A DNA stretch of 64,000 nt. Source: Nemertoderma westbladi (Eukaryota; Animalia; Xenacoelomorpha). Position 1 is the first letter of the stretch, and every line of letters begins with the position of its first letter. The notes below the pieces were generated by a model. The model was not told the origin of the DNA and did no database searches. It was given only the letters and a program-made list of their open reading frames with translations. Position numbers and translations under genes: made by a program. Of the stretch, positions 1 to 13,453 are shown piece after piece. The DNA is taken from the NCBI GenBank assembly GCA_032718475.1, contig JAUCBJ010006757.1:1-64000 (forward strand). Direction: 5' to 3'.

Positions 1-190
1 GGTTGGACTTTATCTGACTCAGGCCTGCTAGGATTTGAATTACTTCTTACCTGGGCTGCTTCCTTTAACCGTAGGTTACTAAGCATGTCCGTTATAGGTT
101 GGATGTGCGGCGATATAGCTTGCGCTAAACTAGCACTCAACTCATCCCTCGTAATAAATTCCTGGCTAGGATTCTGTTGTATAGTCTGCT

Positions 191-2026
191 CTATCTGAGT
201 AATCCGCTGTCTCTCATATGATCCCTCTTCTGGTTTAACCCGGAAGTTCTCCATCGAACTGGGTCGGCGCTCCGTCCGCGTATTCCAAACCCGCGGGTTC
301 GGCTCGCCCAATACTCGGCCCGTTGGAGTTTCTCCTCTAAACTCTTCGTTCTCGCGTTCGGTATGTAGTGGTGGGGTATTCTGATGACGTGGATTCTGCG
401 CGATGGGTGAAGCACTAATACCGACTGGCGTACGATATGTAGAGAACGGTTTTGCGATCCAAGTACTCGTAATAGCTGGCCGGGTATAGGAATTCTGGTC
501 GTCGTCGACTCGCGTATGGTCGGAGTTCTCGCTTCATGTTCGGCCTTCTGCAGTGCAAACAGTTCTCGCAACTCAGTCCCTACACTCGCCCCACATTCTT
601 AGATCATTCGCATCCCCTTCTCGGAAGATTTCATTCGCCTTCCTGGTCCGTTCTTCGCTCTCTAAATTTAATCTCGCACTTTCCAACTGCGCCAGTTTAC
701 GTTCTTCTTCTTCCTTCGCTCGTCTCGCTGCGCTCTCTTCTTCCACACGTGCCTTCTCTTCATACAACGCCCGTCGCTCATTCTCGCGCTCGAGTTCGCA
801 TTCCTTCTGTTCGCGTTCAAGTTGGAGTTCGTGTTCCTTCTGTTCGTGTTCAAGTTGGAGTTCGCGTTCCTTGCGTTCGCGTTCCGCTCGCTCATGCTTA
901 CCTTTATCTTCCAACTCTCGCAACTTCTTGTCTAACTTACGTGTGCGCTCCCGTTCCTGCTCGGCTTCCTTCCGTGCTTCCAATGCACGCAAAACTTCCG
1001 CCTGTTCTTCGTCCAGTCGGCGTCTTCTCTCCTCCGCCGAGTTGTGAGAAACAAGGGATCTAGCACATATAACTTTACCTCGCGCGTGACTAACCTGGGA
1101 ATCGCCACTGTCTCTAGATGCATCGTCGGGTGGAGTTAACGTCCTCTGTTGGATGTTGTCCGTTGTTGGTAGCACCTGGCCTGGTACCACCACTCCACTC
1201 TGCATCAGCCAGCCGGTAACTTCCCGTTGATACCTGCGTTCCTCCTTATCTTGCGTTTCTTCCCGCTCCACTAAATCTCTCGACTCTGCGTCACTCACCT
1301 GAGTCGCCTGCGCTTGTGATGCCCATAGCAGCCAGTTCTCCATCCTAACTCGTTGAAATCGCTCCGATAACGCGCGGTGCTCCAACAAGGCTGCTAAAAC
1401 CCTGTCGTAAATCCTCGTCGCCACGTCGCTCGACTGAGACTCTACTGCCTTCTTTGCCAGGACAGCAAGCTCCTCCGCCTGCTTGAATAACGCTGAGTTG
1501 TATCCCTTTCTAATCTCTACTAACCCTTCCCTTCCGATGTTCGCTGATTCGGCTAACATCTTCCTTACCTTGTCCGCCGTCCGGGTTATATGTCCGGCAT
1601 GCGCGCAAAGTTTCTTCTTTATCGCGATGTCAAGTTCTCTTTCGCTTACCTGACTCACACTTGGTGGACTTGAAGGATTATTTCGGGAACTACGGGTACT
1701 CCTTATAGCCGCTGGGACCACGGCACTTACCATACCCACAGGTCTGGGAACCGGGCTCTCACTTCTGCTACACTACCCTCCCTATCACTCACCTCTGGCC
1801 GGGTTGCTGTACAATCCTTCCTTACAGTAGCGGTAGGGGATCCTAATACTATTACCTCTGCTTGCTCTTCCTCACTAGTTACTGTCTCATCCTCCTGTTC
1901 ACTTACGTCAGCGTCACTCGCTGCGTCGGCATTGTCGTCAACAGTAATATCAACGCTATCGTCAGTCGGCGGTCCTGCCGCCGTCTCATAGCTGTCCTCT
2001 AGTGCCTCCTTCTCTGAGACATTCAT
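191..2026 (-). pseudogene. Degenerate gag N-terminal region of a second LTR retrotransposon (element D, probably BEL/Pao), running off the left edge
   Basis: Consecutive broken ORFs 2026-1727, 1739-573 and 571-191 on the minus strand. They give an acidic N-terminus, a KKKLCAHAGHITR motif resembling the basic N-terminal helix of BEL/Pao Gag, and a long E/R/L coiled coil (ERELQLEHEQKEHELQLEREQKE). A long AT-rich repetitive leader precedes them, as in elements A-C. No diagnostic catalytic motif lies in the window. Confidence 0.5.
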
Positions 2027-2859
2027 AGTCTAAATAGTATTTGCCTTCCGGCAAAAATCTCGCAAAAAATTCGAGATATATATATATAATTTAATTGAAA
2101 ATACGATTAAATTATTTGTCAAATAATTAATTTGTCCAAAATGTCAAAATAAATTTGCAATGCAATATTGTGAATTTAATAGGATCTAATTTTAGCAAAT
2201 ACCAGTACAATATTTAAACAAAATATTATTCTATAGCTATTATATAGTATTTAAATACCGGTATGACACAAATAATTTTTTGAATCTAATACAAAATATT
2301 CAAAATAAACTTGCCACCCGAATATTTCTAAATTTACATATATAACTCTAATCAACGCAATTTTAATTTCAAATATTATATGTATCCACTAGCGCGTGGC
2401 TACATCTTCGGGTTACGACTCTCTCTCTCTCTCTCTCTCTCTAATTCGAGCGATTCAAAAACCCATGGTCGGCTAAACCTAACTATCCTAACTAATAAAT
2501 TGAGTTCAGCTTCGCAGTTAAACAACCGATAATTTTTTACTGCTTCCACAAACACAATGGTGCCAACAGAACAACTAACCTTGTTTGCTGTGAGATTCCA
2601 CGTCCGCGTCCAAAGCTTTTCGCTGATTGCAAACCGAACCCGCAGACCCACACGAACCCCAAACTCAGAAGCTCTGTCTTGCCATGTATCTCCAGATGGT
2701 ATAAAATAACTAAGCGGTTATCTAACATACCGGTACAAAACTCTAGATTTTATTACTAAATAATTTTGACCAAAACTGAATTCTCACAAATCTAGCTAAA
2801 ATTTTCAAAAAACTAACTTACAGCTTGCCCTAACGGTCTAATGAACTGCTGTATTTGCG

Positions 2860-3515
2860 ATTAGTAAACGCACTACTGTACATCCACTGTACGCAATACA
2901 GTAAGTAAAACAGTACACCAACCTAACAGCCTAATGAATACTGTGTGCGGTACAGCACAGCAAAACAAATGTCTTTTCTACTGTACGCAGTAACAGCAAA
3001 TCAGCCTAATGTACTACTGTACTATTGTACGCGACCAGTGAATACAGTAATCTAAACTAACAGCCTAATGATACACTCTATACTGTTACAAGCAACAGCG
3101 AATCACGTGCCTTCACTGTATGCTGTACAGTGATCCTACCTAACAGCCTAAAGAATATACTCGTCACTGTAAGCAGTAGGCCTACAGCAGACAATATACG
3201 TGCTTTACTGTTACGAAGTAACAGTAAATAATACAGTAATCTAGTTTAACAGCTTAAAAGAATAAACTCTCTGTCTTACCGTACGCAGTACAGTACCTAA
3301 TACAGTAATCTTAATCGTACTTTACTGTACGCAGTACAGCAAAACAAAACGTGCTTTACTGTTACGAAGTAACAGTAAATAATACAGTAATCTAATTTAA
3401 CAGCTTAAAAGAATATACTCTCTGTCTTACCGTACACAGTACAGTACCTAATACAGTAATCTTAATCGTACTTTACTGTACGCAGTACAGCAAAACAAAA
3501 CGTGCTTTACTGTTA
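2860..3515. repeat. Array of ~60-bp degenerate units (hairpin plus AACAGCCTAA), including a ~153-bp near-exact tandem duplication, in the presumed leader of element D
   Basis: Recurrent cagcctaa/cagcttaa, tttactgttacgaagtaacagtaaa twice, ctgtacgcagtacag repeated; 3198-3350 is duplicated at 3351-3512. Confidence 0.8.
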
Positions 3516-5161
3516 AACAAACTACCCCAGCCTAACCAATAAAGACACAAAACTGCTCTATTTATTAGACAGGGCAATCAGGAGCGTATTATTGCTAATG
3601 TAGGTCTGCTAAATACAAAACCGCTACTCACCGTTAGATGGCGCTAACCTGCCGTCCGCTAATATATTTTACTAACTTTCTACGGCTCCTGCTAATTTCT
3701 TGTTCCTTTCTCTACCGATTACTCGATAGAGAGCTAACTGTTCGAATATATGAGCCACGCTGGAATAACCAAAACAATAACCCGAATCGGCTCCCTAAGC
3801 TGACTTAAAACGAGTGTGAGAGACTTTACACTCAGAGTATATTCTTACGGCCTAATCTAGCTGCTAAAATGCATTAACAATTACGTCCTTTCTAATCTAA
3901 TCTAATCGCATCTAATCGCAAAGACTGGGGTTCCCTAACGGAATGTGTGAATGTGAGAATATTTAAATAATCAAAAATCGGTACAGTGTTTATTTCGGGA
4001 CTCAAACTTACCTGCAGCTGGCTTTAGACCAGCAATTTACTGATGCGCGCTATATACTGTATACTACGATGTGAATTATTGTCCGCTAATTCAAATAACC
4101 GCCCAGCGTGAATAGTGTACGGTTCTCTAAATTATTACCTTAACTACCCTCCTCTATGCTGCGTACAAATTCTTAATTTTACTAAATAATTACAGTCACA
4201 AATATGTAACGGCGTACTAATTACTAAGTATTCCAGAGTGCGTAATTCTAATTTATTACGCAACGGGTCACACTAGCAACAGCCTAAATTACCGTATTAT
4301 TTTCGACCTAATCAGTAATTAATTACATTAAACTAAGAAATAGAAATCAATCAAAGGGAAAAGAGCGCCTATCGAAGCATTCGTGATTTATTAGGCACAC
4401 TTTAGTAACACACCAATCAGCGTAACAATCTATATGTCATAAATTGTAATCGGAATTTGAGTAAGCTTCATTGGCAATATCCGTTTTTATTATGTATGTG
4501 CAATTTATCATGTGTATCATTATTTATCATGTTTATTGTTTCAATAATTAGTTAAAGGCAAACAATTCCGGTGTTCAGTACAATTTATGAGATACAGTAC
4601 AATTTGATGTAACACAAAGTCAGGCGATAAATACAGTATATCAGCAGTGCTATTCAGCTTAATGTTATGTAGAAATTTTAGTTTGAGAAAACCCGGAATT
4701 GTGAGCTCAGTCTTCAATATTGGCACAGACTCACGGTTGTGAGTACTGTGAGTAATTTGTGCAGAAAGATATACTTGTATTTTAGGATATTTATTATATT
4801 ATTTATTATACTATACGTAATATATTATGGTGATTATTGGAGACAACAATATTTCTTTCGACAATGTGAGGGTTTCAGTCAACAATGTCACAAATTGCAT
4901 GATTCCTTCATGACACTATAGTTTATACTTACCAATTTTAGTTCTTAACGTACAATTCACAATCAACAGTCAGATAGCAATCGCAACGTAAAGCACGCAG
5001 GTCTCTCCCGGCTACATCTAGGCTTCCTAACTAACCCAAGTCCTGTCCCCCTAATACTACAAAATAGAGACAAAATCTGGATCATCAGCCCCTAATTACT
5101 GCACCGGCGCACCTGACCAGTCTACGCCGCAAACTTGCACCCGCAATAGTACTCCCACCAA

Positions 5162-5887
5162 TGTTGCTCGCCTTTGAATCCTCCGCGCCCCCTTCATCGC
5201 TAACCCCCCAATGCGCCCGCCGCGCTTACCGGTAACCTAGCCCTCCATCAGAATGAATAGCTACCGTAGCGGCACATGCAAATCTCAAAGTCTGACAGTC
5301 TAAGAAATCCCGTAGGATTATTGTCGAAAGGAATCACATAGAACCATTTACTAAAGGGTAGAAATCATAGTTCCAATTTGTAATTAACAGTAATCGTTGG
5401 GATTGATTGAGAAACACAAACAAGAATCAATCAGAAATTGCAAATTAGCGAATCATTGCAAGAAAATCAAAAGGGCAGTAATTTACACAAAAAACTAAGC
5501 ATCAAATAATAGTTGAACATGAAGGGTAACTGAAGTGAGGGTGTGGTGTGGGTATAAGGTAACTGAAGGTACAGACACACCGGCAAAACGCCAATTTATA
5601 GGTGATTTGAGAAGGATGATGCAATCGATCTCTCATTGGCTCCCCAATCCGAGCTATCATTAGACCAACCTGGAAGCAGTTAGGCCAATAAGAGAGCCGG
5701 ATTGTGAACCTATTGCTCCCTGAAATCGCAAATCGTTACCATAAAAGGTAATTTTCCCGATGCTTAATTTGGCGGTACTAATAATATCATGCACAAATGT
5801 TAATTTAGCGCAATTATAGAGAAAATTAAAACCAGTAGCTAGCCCCATCAAGACTAATAACAGCAAGCCCATATCCAGGGTCCAACA
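5162..5887 (-). promoter_or_regulatory. Candidate LTR / Pol II promoter facing left (inner boundary uncertain)
   Basis: The minus strand starts TGTTGGAC at 5887 and has CCAAT (~5635-5639), TATAAA (~5595-5600) and TCAGTT initiator-like motifs (~5561-5566, ~5528-5533) at textbook spacing. TGTTG at 5162 pairs with CAACA at 5883-5887 and is followed on the minus strand by T-TGGTGGGAG. There is no second copy in the window to confirm it. Confidence 0.35.
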
Positions 5888-6049
5888 AGAACTTGCTACC
5901 CTGGAACTATCTACTTATATCCTATTACAAAATTACATAGGTAGGGCTACCTACTACAAAATGGATGAGTTCAAAATATATGGGCGTTTCGATTTCCTTA
6001 TCTAAATGTCATTGAGCGTTATGCCTTATCTAAATAATTATATTGCATC

Positions 6050-6140
6050 ACGGACTAATATATGATACTATATAATGGACTAATATATTATACTGTATGA
6101 TGGACTAATATATGTACAGTATAACGGACTAATATATTAC
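6050..6140. repeat. Short ~25-bp tandem repeat (ggactaatatat...) x4
   Basis: ggactaatatat recurs at about 6052, 6077, 6102 and 6126. Confidence 0.7.
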
Positions 6141-6782
6141 ATAATGTAGGTACAGCTCCATATACCGTAACAGACTCCTTACCAGAAATAATAACATTTA
6201 TTTCAAATATTGTCAAAACCCATTATAAGGGTATATATATATTATAAATCAACTCAAACCGATTTATAAAATAGTAGGCCTGTCATACATCAATTAGGTC
6301 TTAATATCAGTTGGACTACTGCTTAATAACAGTAATAAAGTAAAGAAAAGTAATCCTAAAATTCAGAAATTCAGTTATTATAAAATAATTGACATACCGG
6401 TATTTAAGATAGGCTTATTATATTTATTTCTATAAATTTATGCTGAAATTATATACCGGTATTCTGTCATTAATTCTAGTCTATAATTATACTTATATAT
6501 ACTATAAGTGTAAGCTGTATACCGGTATTCACGGTAGGCTTATTATATATTTATATATATTTGTGCTGAAATTATATACCGGTATTCTGTGACAAACCCT
6601 AGTCTGTGATAATAATTATATATATACTATAAGTGTATACCGGTATTCTAATATATTGTATATAACACATTACACTGAGTAACGGTATCGGTAATTAATT
6701 ACTAGGCTTATAGTTGATACTGAATTACTAGACTTGCTTTAACTGTAGTTATAGTAGTAGACATTCAACTGTACAAACAAAC

Positions 6783-9700
6783 ATGGCTGACACAAAGCAA
6801 AATCTGTCAGATAGTCTCCTAAAAACAACAGTCTGCGATCCAGATAGGAGTGCGGAACGTTTGAGACCGAAGTTCAAGTCCCCTCCTACTGTAAGAAAGG
6901 TCATCCCTCCAGTAGTAGTATCCGACTCTAGGCTAGTAAAGTACCGTAGGTCTATCATAGGCACTCGGGCTCAAGTCAAGCGGGACCAAGAGGCAGCTGT
7001 TAAACAGCAGCAACATTCGAACCGAGAACTTATTTCTCAGCGGCCCGATAGCTCCAGTAGTTCAGATACTGTAGAGTTGCCACCCGAGCGCGGAGCAAAG
7101 ATGGCAGATGCAGTTTATTCGGATCCACTTCTCATTCTTCCTGAAGCCGTACTCACTAGAGTATTGATTGCGGTGGAGGAACATCAAATTGATTGGGCGA
7201 GAAGTAAGCGATCGACCAAGGACAGTTATGCGGGATACACGAAGGAGGAACTGGAGTCTATTGTCGAGACGCAATGGAACTTCCCCGGACCCGGACTCCC
7301 GTTTAACTTATCGGAAGCTGCCTGGGAGGACTTATACAGGATGGGAGTGGTAAAGGACACTAGAGATCCAGCTGTGTGGAAGAGGTCGGCAGCCAGATAT
7401 GTACAGGGATTCTTCAGCTCTTTGGAGCGATTAGAGGAACAACTGTTTCAACAACCCCTAGGACCTCAAGAGCAGGGAGAGCTGCTATATCAAGTTCGAG
7501 AACGAATCCTAAGAATTAGACTAATCCTTTCGGCCTTTGAGGAAGCCTCGAAGAGAAGTCAAGACACGTCGTTGCAAGTTGCCATAAAGAATTGGTTCCA
7601 ATGGATGAGTCTTAAAGTCCAAGGAACATCCCAATGGAAAATTCAGCTAACTGAGCGCTCAACCCACGGAGAATCAACAGACGCTACCTTTTCTCAAGTG
7701 GAAAGCGAAGCGACATTGGAGAAACCTCAGAAGAAGGACGCTATTGACATCTATCTGTCGGACTATCAACGATTTATAGGTGACAAAGAGTTGATGAGAC
7801 GGCTGGCTGGACGTCGCCCTACTAGTGAAGGAGCCAAGTTTGTGTTGGACGCATTAGATGCGGAAATGTTAGCTGCGAACCAAGCTAAATTTGATGAAAG
7901 CATACGCATCGCTAGGGTCCAAGAAGAACAGGTAAAGAAAAAACGTATAGAAGACCGAAAGGCGGCAGCAGTGGCAGCGGCAGAAGTTGAAAGAAAAGCG
8001 GCAGTGGCAGCGGCAGCGGCAGCGGCAGAGGCTGAAACAAAAGCGGCAGAGGCAGAGGCAGAGGCTGAAAGAAAAGCGGCAGAGGCAGAGGCTGAAAGAA
8101 AAGCGGCAGAGGCAGAGGCTGAAAGAAAGGTAGCAGCGGCAGAAGCAGAAAGAAAAGCGGCAGAGGCAGTGGCAGAAGCAGAACGGAGGGCATCTGAAGA
8201 GACAACCCAACTAGAGTTGGAAAATCTTCAAGAGAAGCAAGACTACATAGATAAACAGAGAACAGCTAGTCAGTGGCAGATGATAAGTCGATCTACTCCC
8301 AAGAGACAGGGATTTACATCATCTGATGAAGGCGATACAACAGATCCTGAAGGTGGAGGAAATAGATCTCGTCCCAGCAAGCGTAGAAGAACGCCCTACC
8401 GCCAGAAATTGCCTAATTTGCCCCCAGCTGTGAGACAATTAACAGACCAAATTATTAGAGTAGAAAGACTCCCTACTATAGTAGATGAGCCTGAAATAAT
8501 TAGGCCTGTTCTCGAAGCCACCCCTTCGGTGATAGAAACACCTGTACTCCCAGAACCTACCTCTAAATTCCCTTTGCACAGTACTAAACTACCTGTGCCC
8601 AGTAGAACAGCCCCTGAGACAATTCCTGTCCTGGACACCGAGCGAGACATCAACGATTTATCGCCCGTCGTCCCACGTCTGCCCGCTACTATGTTGGCGG
8701 CTCCCGCTTTGGCGGTCGAGTGGGTGGATGAGGGACGGCGGGGGTTGGATCTCCTGCTCGGGCAGATGCAGGAGACTGTTCAACAGTTCAAGGGAACAGT
8801 AAGGGAAGGTAGGTTAGAGTTGCAAGAAGTGCAGCAGAGTATCGCGTTAGAACGCGATAAATTAGTAAATATACAAAGGGGTATACCACCACCCCATGTA
8901 ACAATGTGTCAACCTGTTAGGTCTGAAGTATTTCATGCGCAAGGTGTGGAGCCTACACGCATCTATACTGCTAGTGAGGTAGAAACTCCTATAGTAAACC
9001 CTATTAAGGGTAATTATAAACCTGTTGACAATGATATTCCATATAGACCTGATCCTAATCCGAGAAATTTATATACCGATAACTCGATCTTAAATAACAC
9101 GATGGCCCAAGAAAGTTTTACGCGTCAAATGGCTAGAACCGAAGCCCGTCAAGCGGTAAAAGTGGGAGAGATCGTCAAATTCAATGGAGATGAGATGAAA
9201 TGGTTACCTTTTAATGAATATTACAAAGATAACATACAGAACTCTGTACTATCTAACGGAGAGAAACTTAGATTCCTCATCGAGTGTTTGGAAGGACCTC
9301 CCAAGTTAATGGCGTTAAAGTTTATTGGACATCCAGATGGATTAAGACAAGTTTGGGATACACTAAACATCAGGTATGGTAATAGGACAAACATAGCTAG
9401 GTATTTGTATGCGAAATTAGTAGCGCCCTGAAAGTTCCTTAGCAGCGGGATTATAGAGTTTTCCGATGAGATTCAGGAGATCTGTAGACAATTAGACTGG
9501 TTGGGTAAGTCTCATGAATACCAGAATTCCATGGTTGTAGGAGCCTTAGCATCAGCTTTGCCAAACGGTGAAGTAGGTACTCGCTGGGACAAAAAGGTTC
9601 TCTATTTGATGGACCAACAACATAGAGATCCAACCATGACGGACCTTCTGTCATTCTTAAACCGAGAGGTAAGATTACAACTCCTAAAACAGTCTAGAGA

Positions 9701-11744
9701 GAAGACTCCTGAAAGTGAGGTAAGTGAAAAACCCGTTTCTAGGAGAAAGGTATAACACCAGTGTGTTATACAGACGACGGTGAAAGCCAAACCTCCCACG
9801 AGGAGAATAGCGGGAAAGACACCGAAAGATCTTACTTTGTCAACAAAGCACCTAAAGACGTAAGTAAATCTAAGTCTCGAACCAGTGACAGAAGAGAACA
9901 GGTAACAACTCCTCCCACGTCTCCTAAGATAATTCATGGAAATGAGCCCGAGGAAAGAACAAGTGTGCACCACACAGCACAGGTTAAAGTAGGTAACATC
10001 AAGCCCAAATGTGTATTGTGTGACGGGCCCCATCGCTTGAGTGGGTGTGATGAATTCTTAAAGAAATCCCTAAAGGATAGACGTGATGTCATGTGGGATA
10101 AGCAGTTGTGTTATAATTGTCTCAGACGAGGACACCAACGGCGGACCTGTTACTCAGATGCTAGGTGTGCTAAGTGCGGCGCGAAACATCATATCTTGCT
10201 GCACACAGAATTTGAAAGAACCCGCACGAGTCAGGTAAGTGAGCCCGAACTACATGTCCAATTCAGTGACGTGAACGACACTGACCACAGCTCTGAGATG
10301 GAAGGATTCTACACAGATGAATTCTCCGATGAAAATGAATCCTGTTATATGACAAACACCGCGGTGTATCGAGCGCTTAGGTATTAGACTGAAACCGATA
10401 ACGAAGTGCACCCGGTTATTCCTGACCGACAACCATCTTGGAAAGCGCCAACTTCCAACGTCGGAATCCGGGAATTCCCCGTAGTTCAGCTAAGAGTCCA
10501 TGATCAAGTAAGAGTTTTATAGTCAACGCACTCCTGGACTCCGGCAGCACAGGAACATTCATCGATAAAGAACTAGCCGAAGACATCTTTGCTGGACAAC
10601 CCAAGTTCCGAACTAAGTTGAACCTTTCAGGAATTAGGCAGGTTTGGAAATCTACAGTAGCTACAGACTACTATGTAGGAGCGTTGTCCACTCCCCAGGA
10701 CGAACTAGGAGAACATAGCATAAGGTCAGTAAAAATGGTGGCGATAAAGAACTTTACCAAGTGGAACCTTACAACTGGGATGAAGACGATTTTACCCAGC
10801 AGCATGATATTCCTAGATTCAACACCGACTACCCAGGAGTACAGATACTCATCGGCCAAAATGCGCATGAGGCGCTTGAGACATTAGAGAAACGGCCTGC
10901 TCGACCGCAACCATTGCAAACATATGCGGGAAGAACGAGAGAAGGTTGGTACTTCACTGGACCTTCCCATAGAACACTCATGGAAAGATTACCTAACGAC
11001 CAATTCCATCAGGTGAGTAAATGGGAAGAAGAAATCAGTGAGGGAGAGACCACAACTGAGGGAACACCATACTCCTCAGATAATGACGGTATTAACTCTA
11101 ATGTATATCAATGGAGACATTGCCCTGGGACGATTAATCCCGCCGACATCGCTTCCAGAGGAGCAACCCCTCAAGAACTGATAGATACTCCGGACTGGTT
11201 AGGTGGACCCGACTTCCTAAGTAAAGAAGAAGATGAATGGCCTCCCCATCTTACCACGGCTGAGATTAGACAAGCCAAGGGAGCGGAGAAAGTCAAACCT
11301 AAAACCCGGACGAGTAAATCAAGGTTATTTAAACCCGTGATTGATCTGTCTGTACTACACATTTCAGGGGACAATGCTGTGCATCTAAACTCCCCCGCCA
11401 CAAATAAATCTGTCATGGAAATTAGAGAAAGGGACTGGAAATCTGGAACACCATACATCTCGCAGGGACTCTCACCTCTCCTGCAGAGAGTGATAAATCA
11501 CCATGGCTCCTGGAATCGGCTTTGTAAGGCCGTCGTGTATTTGAAGCGATGTTTCCATCGTCACTATTCCAGGACGAAGAGGAAACCTGGAATTGTATTC
11601 CAAACGCAGCAACTCAATCGCCCAGTTGGTCGTTTATGTTTACTGGAAAGAGACAGAGAACTGTCCGGAAACTATGGAAGGCAAGATACTCTTCCCACGA
11701 CCACCTCCCTAATCCAACAAACATCTAGGGACTCCCCAACGTAA
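6783..11744 (+). pseudogene. gag-protease polyprotein of copy A with nonsense and frameshift lesions; RT, most of RNase H and integrase deleted
   Basis: ORF pieces 6783-9431, 9501-9755, 9761-10387 and 10761-11744 align to the B polyprotein (IVKFNGDEMKWLPF, CVLCDGPH, CYNCLRRGH, CAKCGAKHH, ALLDSGS at ~10530, NPADIASRG). TGA at 9429 replaces the CGA seen in B. Confidence 0.93.
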
Positions 11745-13453
11745 CAGCGTCTGGAGTGGGTGTGTGAGCATATTATTTTATATTCGTTTTTTATTATTTT
11801 TATATTTTGGTATGTATTATTATGTAATTTTATTATAATCGTTTTCTTTAATTTTTATTTAGTAGAATGTTATTTTAGCGATTATTTAGTAGAATTAGTG
11901 CCATATATATTCGCGTTTATTACTTAATTACTTATATTATATATATTTAGTGCAACGGCGAGAAATAATTCTTTCCTCTTTCCTTACTGTCCGTATCATA
12001 TTATAAATACGTGACTACAGTAAGATGAAATGTCCGTACTTATTAAAGTACAATAAAGCTCCTACTATACTCAAGTATTATTGGTAAGTAGAGTATTAGG
12101 AATGCAAAGTTCAGATCCTCGTGTCTCGGCTAAACCAAGCTCTGGGTAGACCTTGGAAACGACTTGCCTCTTCTCACTGACATTGCTTCTTGCAATATTG
12201 CTCTCATACCGTATATTAAATAATACATATAGTAGTGTGATGTCCCTTTAACAGTAGCGTACAACGCAAAATAAATCTGTTAAACCCTTTGACCATCTGT
12301 AATTCTAGTCGATTAAGATATTGCGGCACCCACCGATATACTTGAAAGACAAAATTCTAGAATCAATGGTTAACGTCCCCAGACATGTTCTGGAATAAAC
12401 CGGTGCCCATCTTAAATATTAACTATTAATATTTATAAAATCTGTCAAACAAATACAATAGAGTAAATACTTACAAGTTAACTCTAGAAAATCTATAAAT
12501 TAAAATCTGTTAAATTTTAGATCCTTTAAAATTCTAGTCGATTAAGATATCGTAGCACTTACCGATACTCTTAAAAGGACAAATTTCCTAGAATTAAGGA
12601 TCCTAGTCCCCAGACATGCTCTGGAATAAAATTATGTCTGTTTTAATGATAAATAATAAAATTTACGGGAATAAATTTAAATTCATCTCTTTTAATGAAT
12701 TTGATAAATTGTCATCTTTATACAATTTATAACATTCCCAAAATTCCATTAATTAATAGATCATGGGAGCGGAGATTGACCCTATTAAGTATATTAGTGT
12801 GCGAGAATCTCCAATATATAGTCAATAGCTGATAAAATTCATAAAATCATGTATAAAGAGGAATATTGACAATTAAAGAATTACTATTAAATAGCATCCC
12901 AGATCTGTATGCATGAGAATTAACCTAATTCTACTGCTAGCTTTCCATAATGTCACCATAGCAACAACCAAGCTAGAATTAGAAGCGAGTTAAAAGAGCA
13001 ATAGAAAGCTTGCCCCATTGAATAGCATACGGAATAAATAGCACACCGCTAGTATCCAGGGATACATAATAATAACGTGGCATTCTGGAAGGCACTTGAC
13101 TAACGGACAAATGGCCCGAATGTGTGCGGTTTGTGACAGTTGTGTGGAATTTGTGCGTTTATAGGTGAATGTTACTACTAAAGTGTGTTTACAGTAGCGA
13201 GTCGCAGTTGTGAAAGTAACCCTACCTCTGCAGTAAGAACCTGAAGTAAATCTAAGCCCTTGGGACAGACAGTGGAGGGACTCGCGCTGGTTGTTGTTGT
13301 TGTTGTGCAGCTACTACGTTGGCGATAGACACAGCGGCGATAGTACATCAGCGCTGAGGATCTTGCGCTATCCGGGGGCATTGAGGGGTAGGCAGCAACG
13401 ACCGCTAGCCTAATTATAATTAATTATAATATCGATAAACTCATATAGCAGCT

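Noticed and set aside
536-1063. Plus-strand ORFs of 175 and 164 aa (and similar ones at 7869-8210, 33002-33607, 37159-37512)
   Set aside because: They are antisense shadows of low-complexity gag or pol coding sequence.
5143-5160. tRNA PBS for element D (TGGTGGGAGTAC...)
   Set aside because: I cannot match it to a tRNA 3' end from memory, and the LTR boundary is unconfirmed without a second LTR. It is kept only as part of a low-confidence feature.
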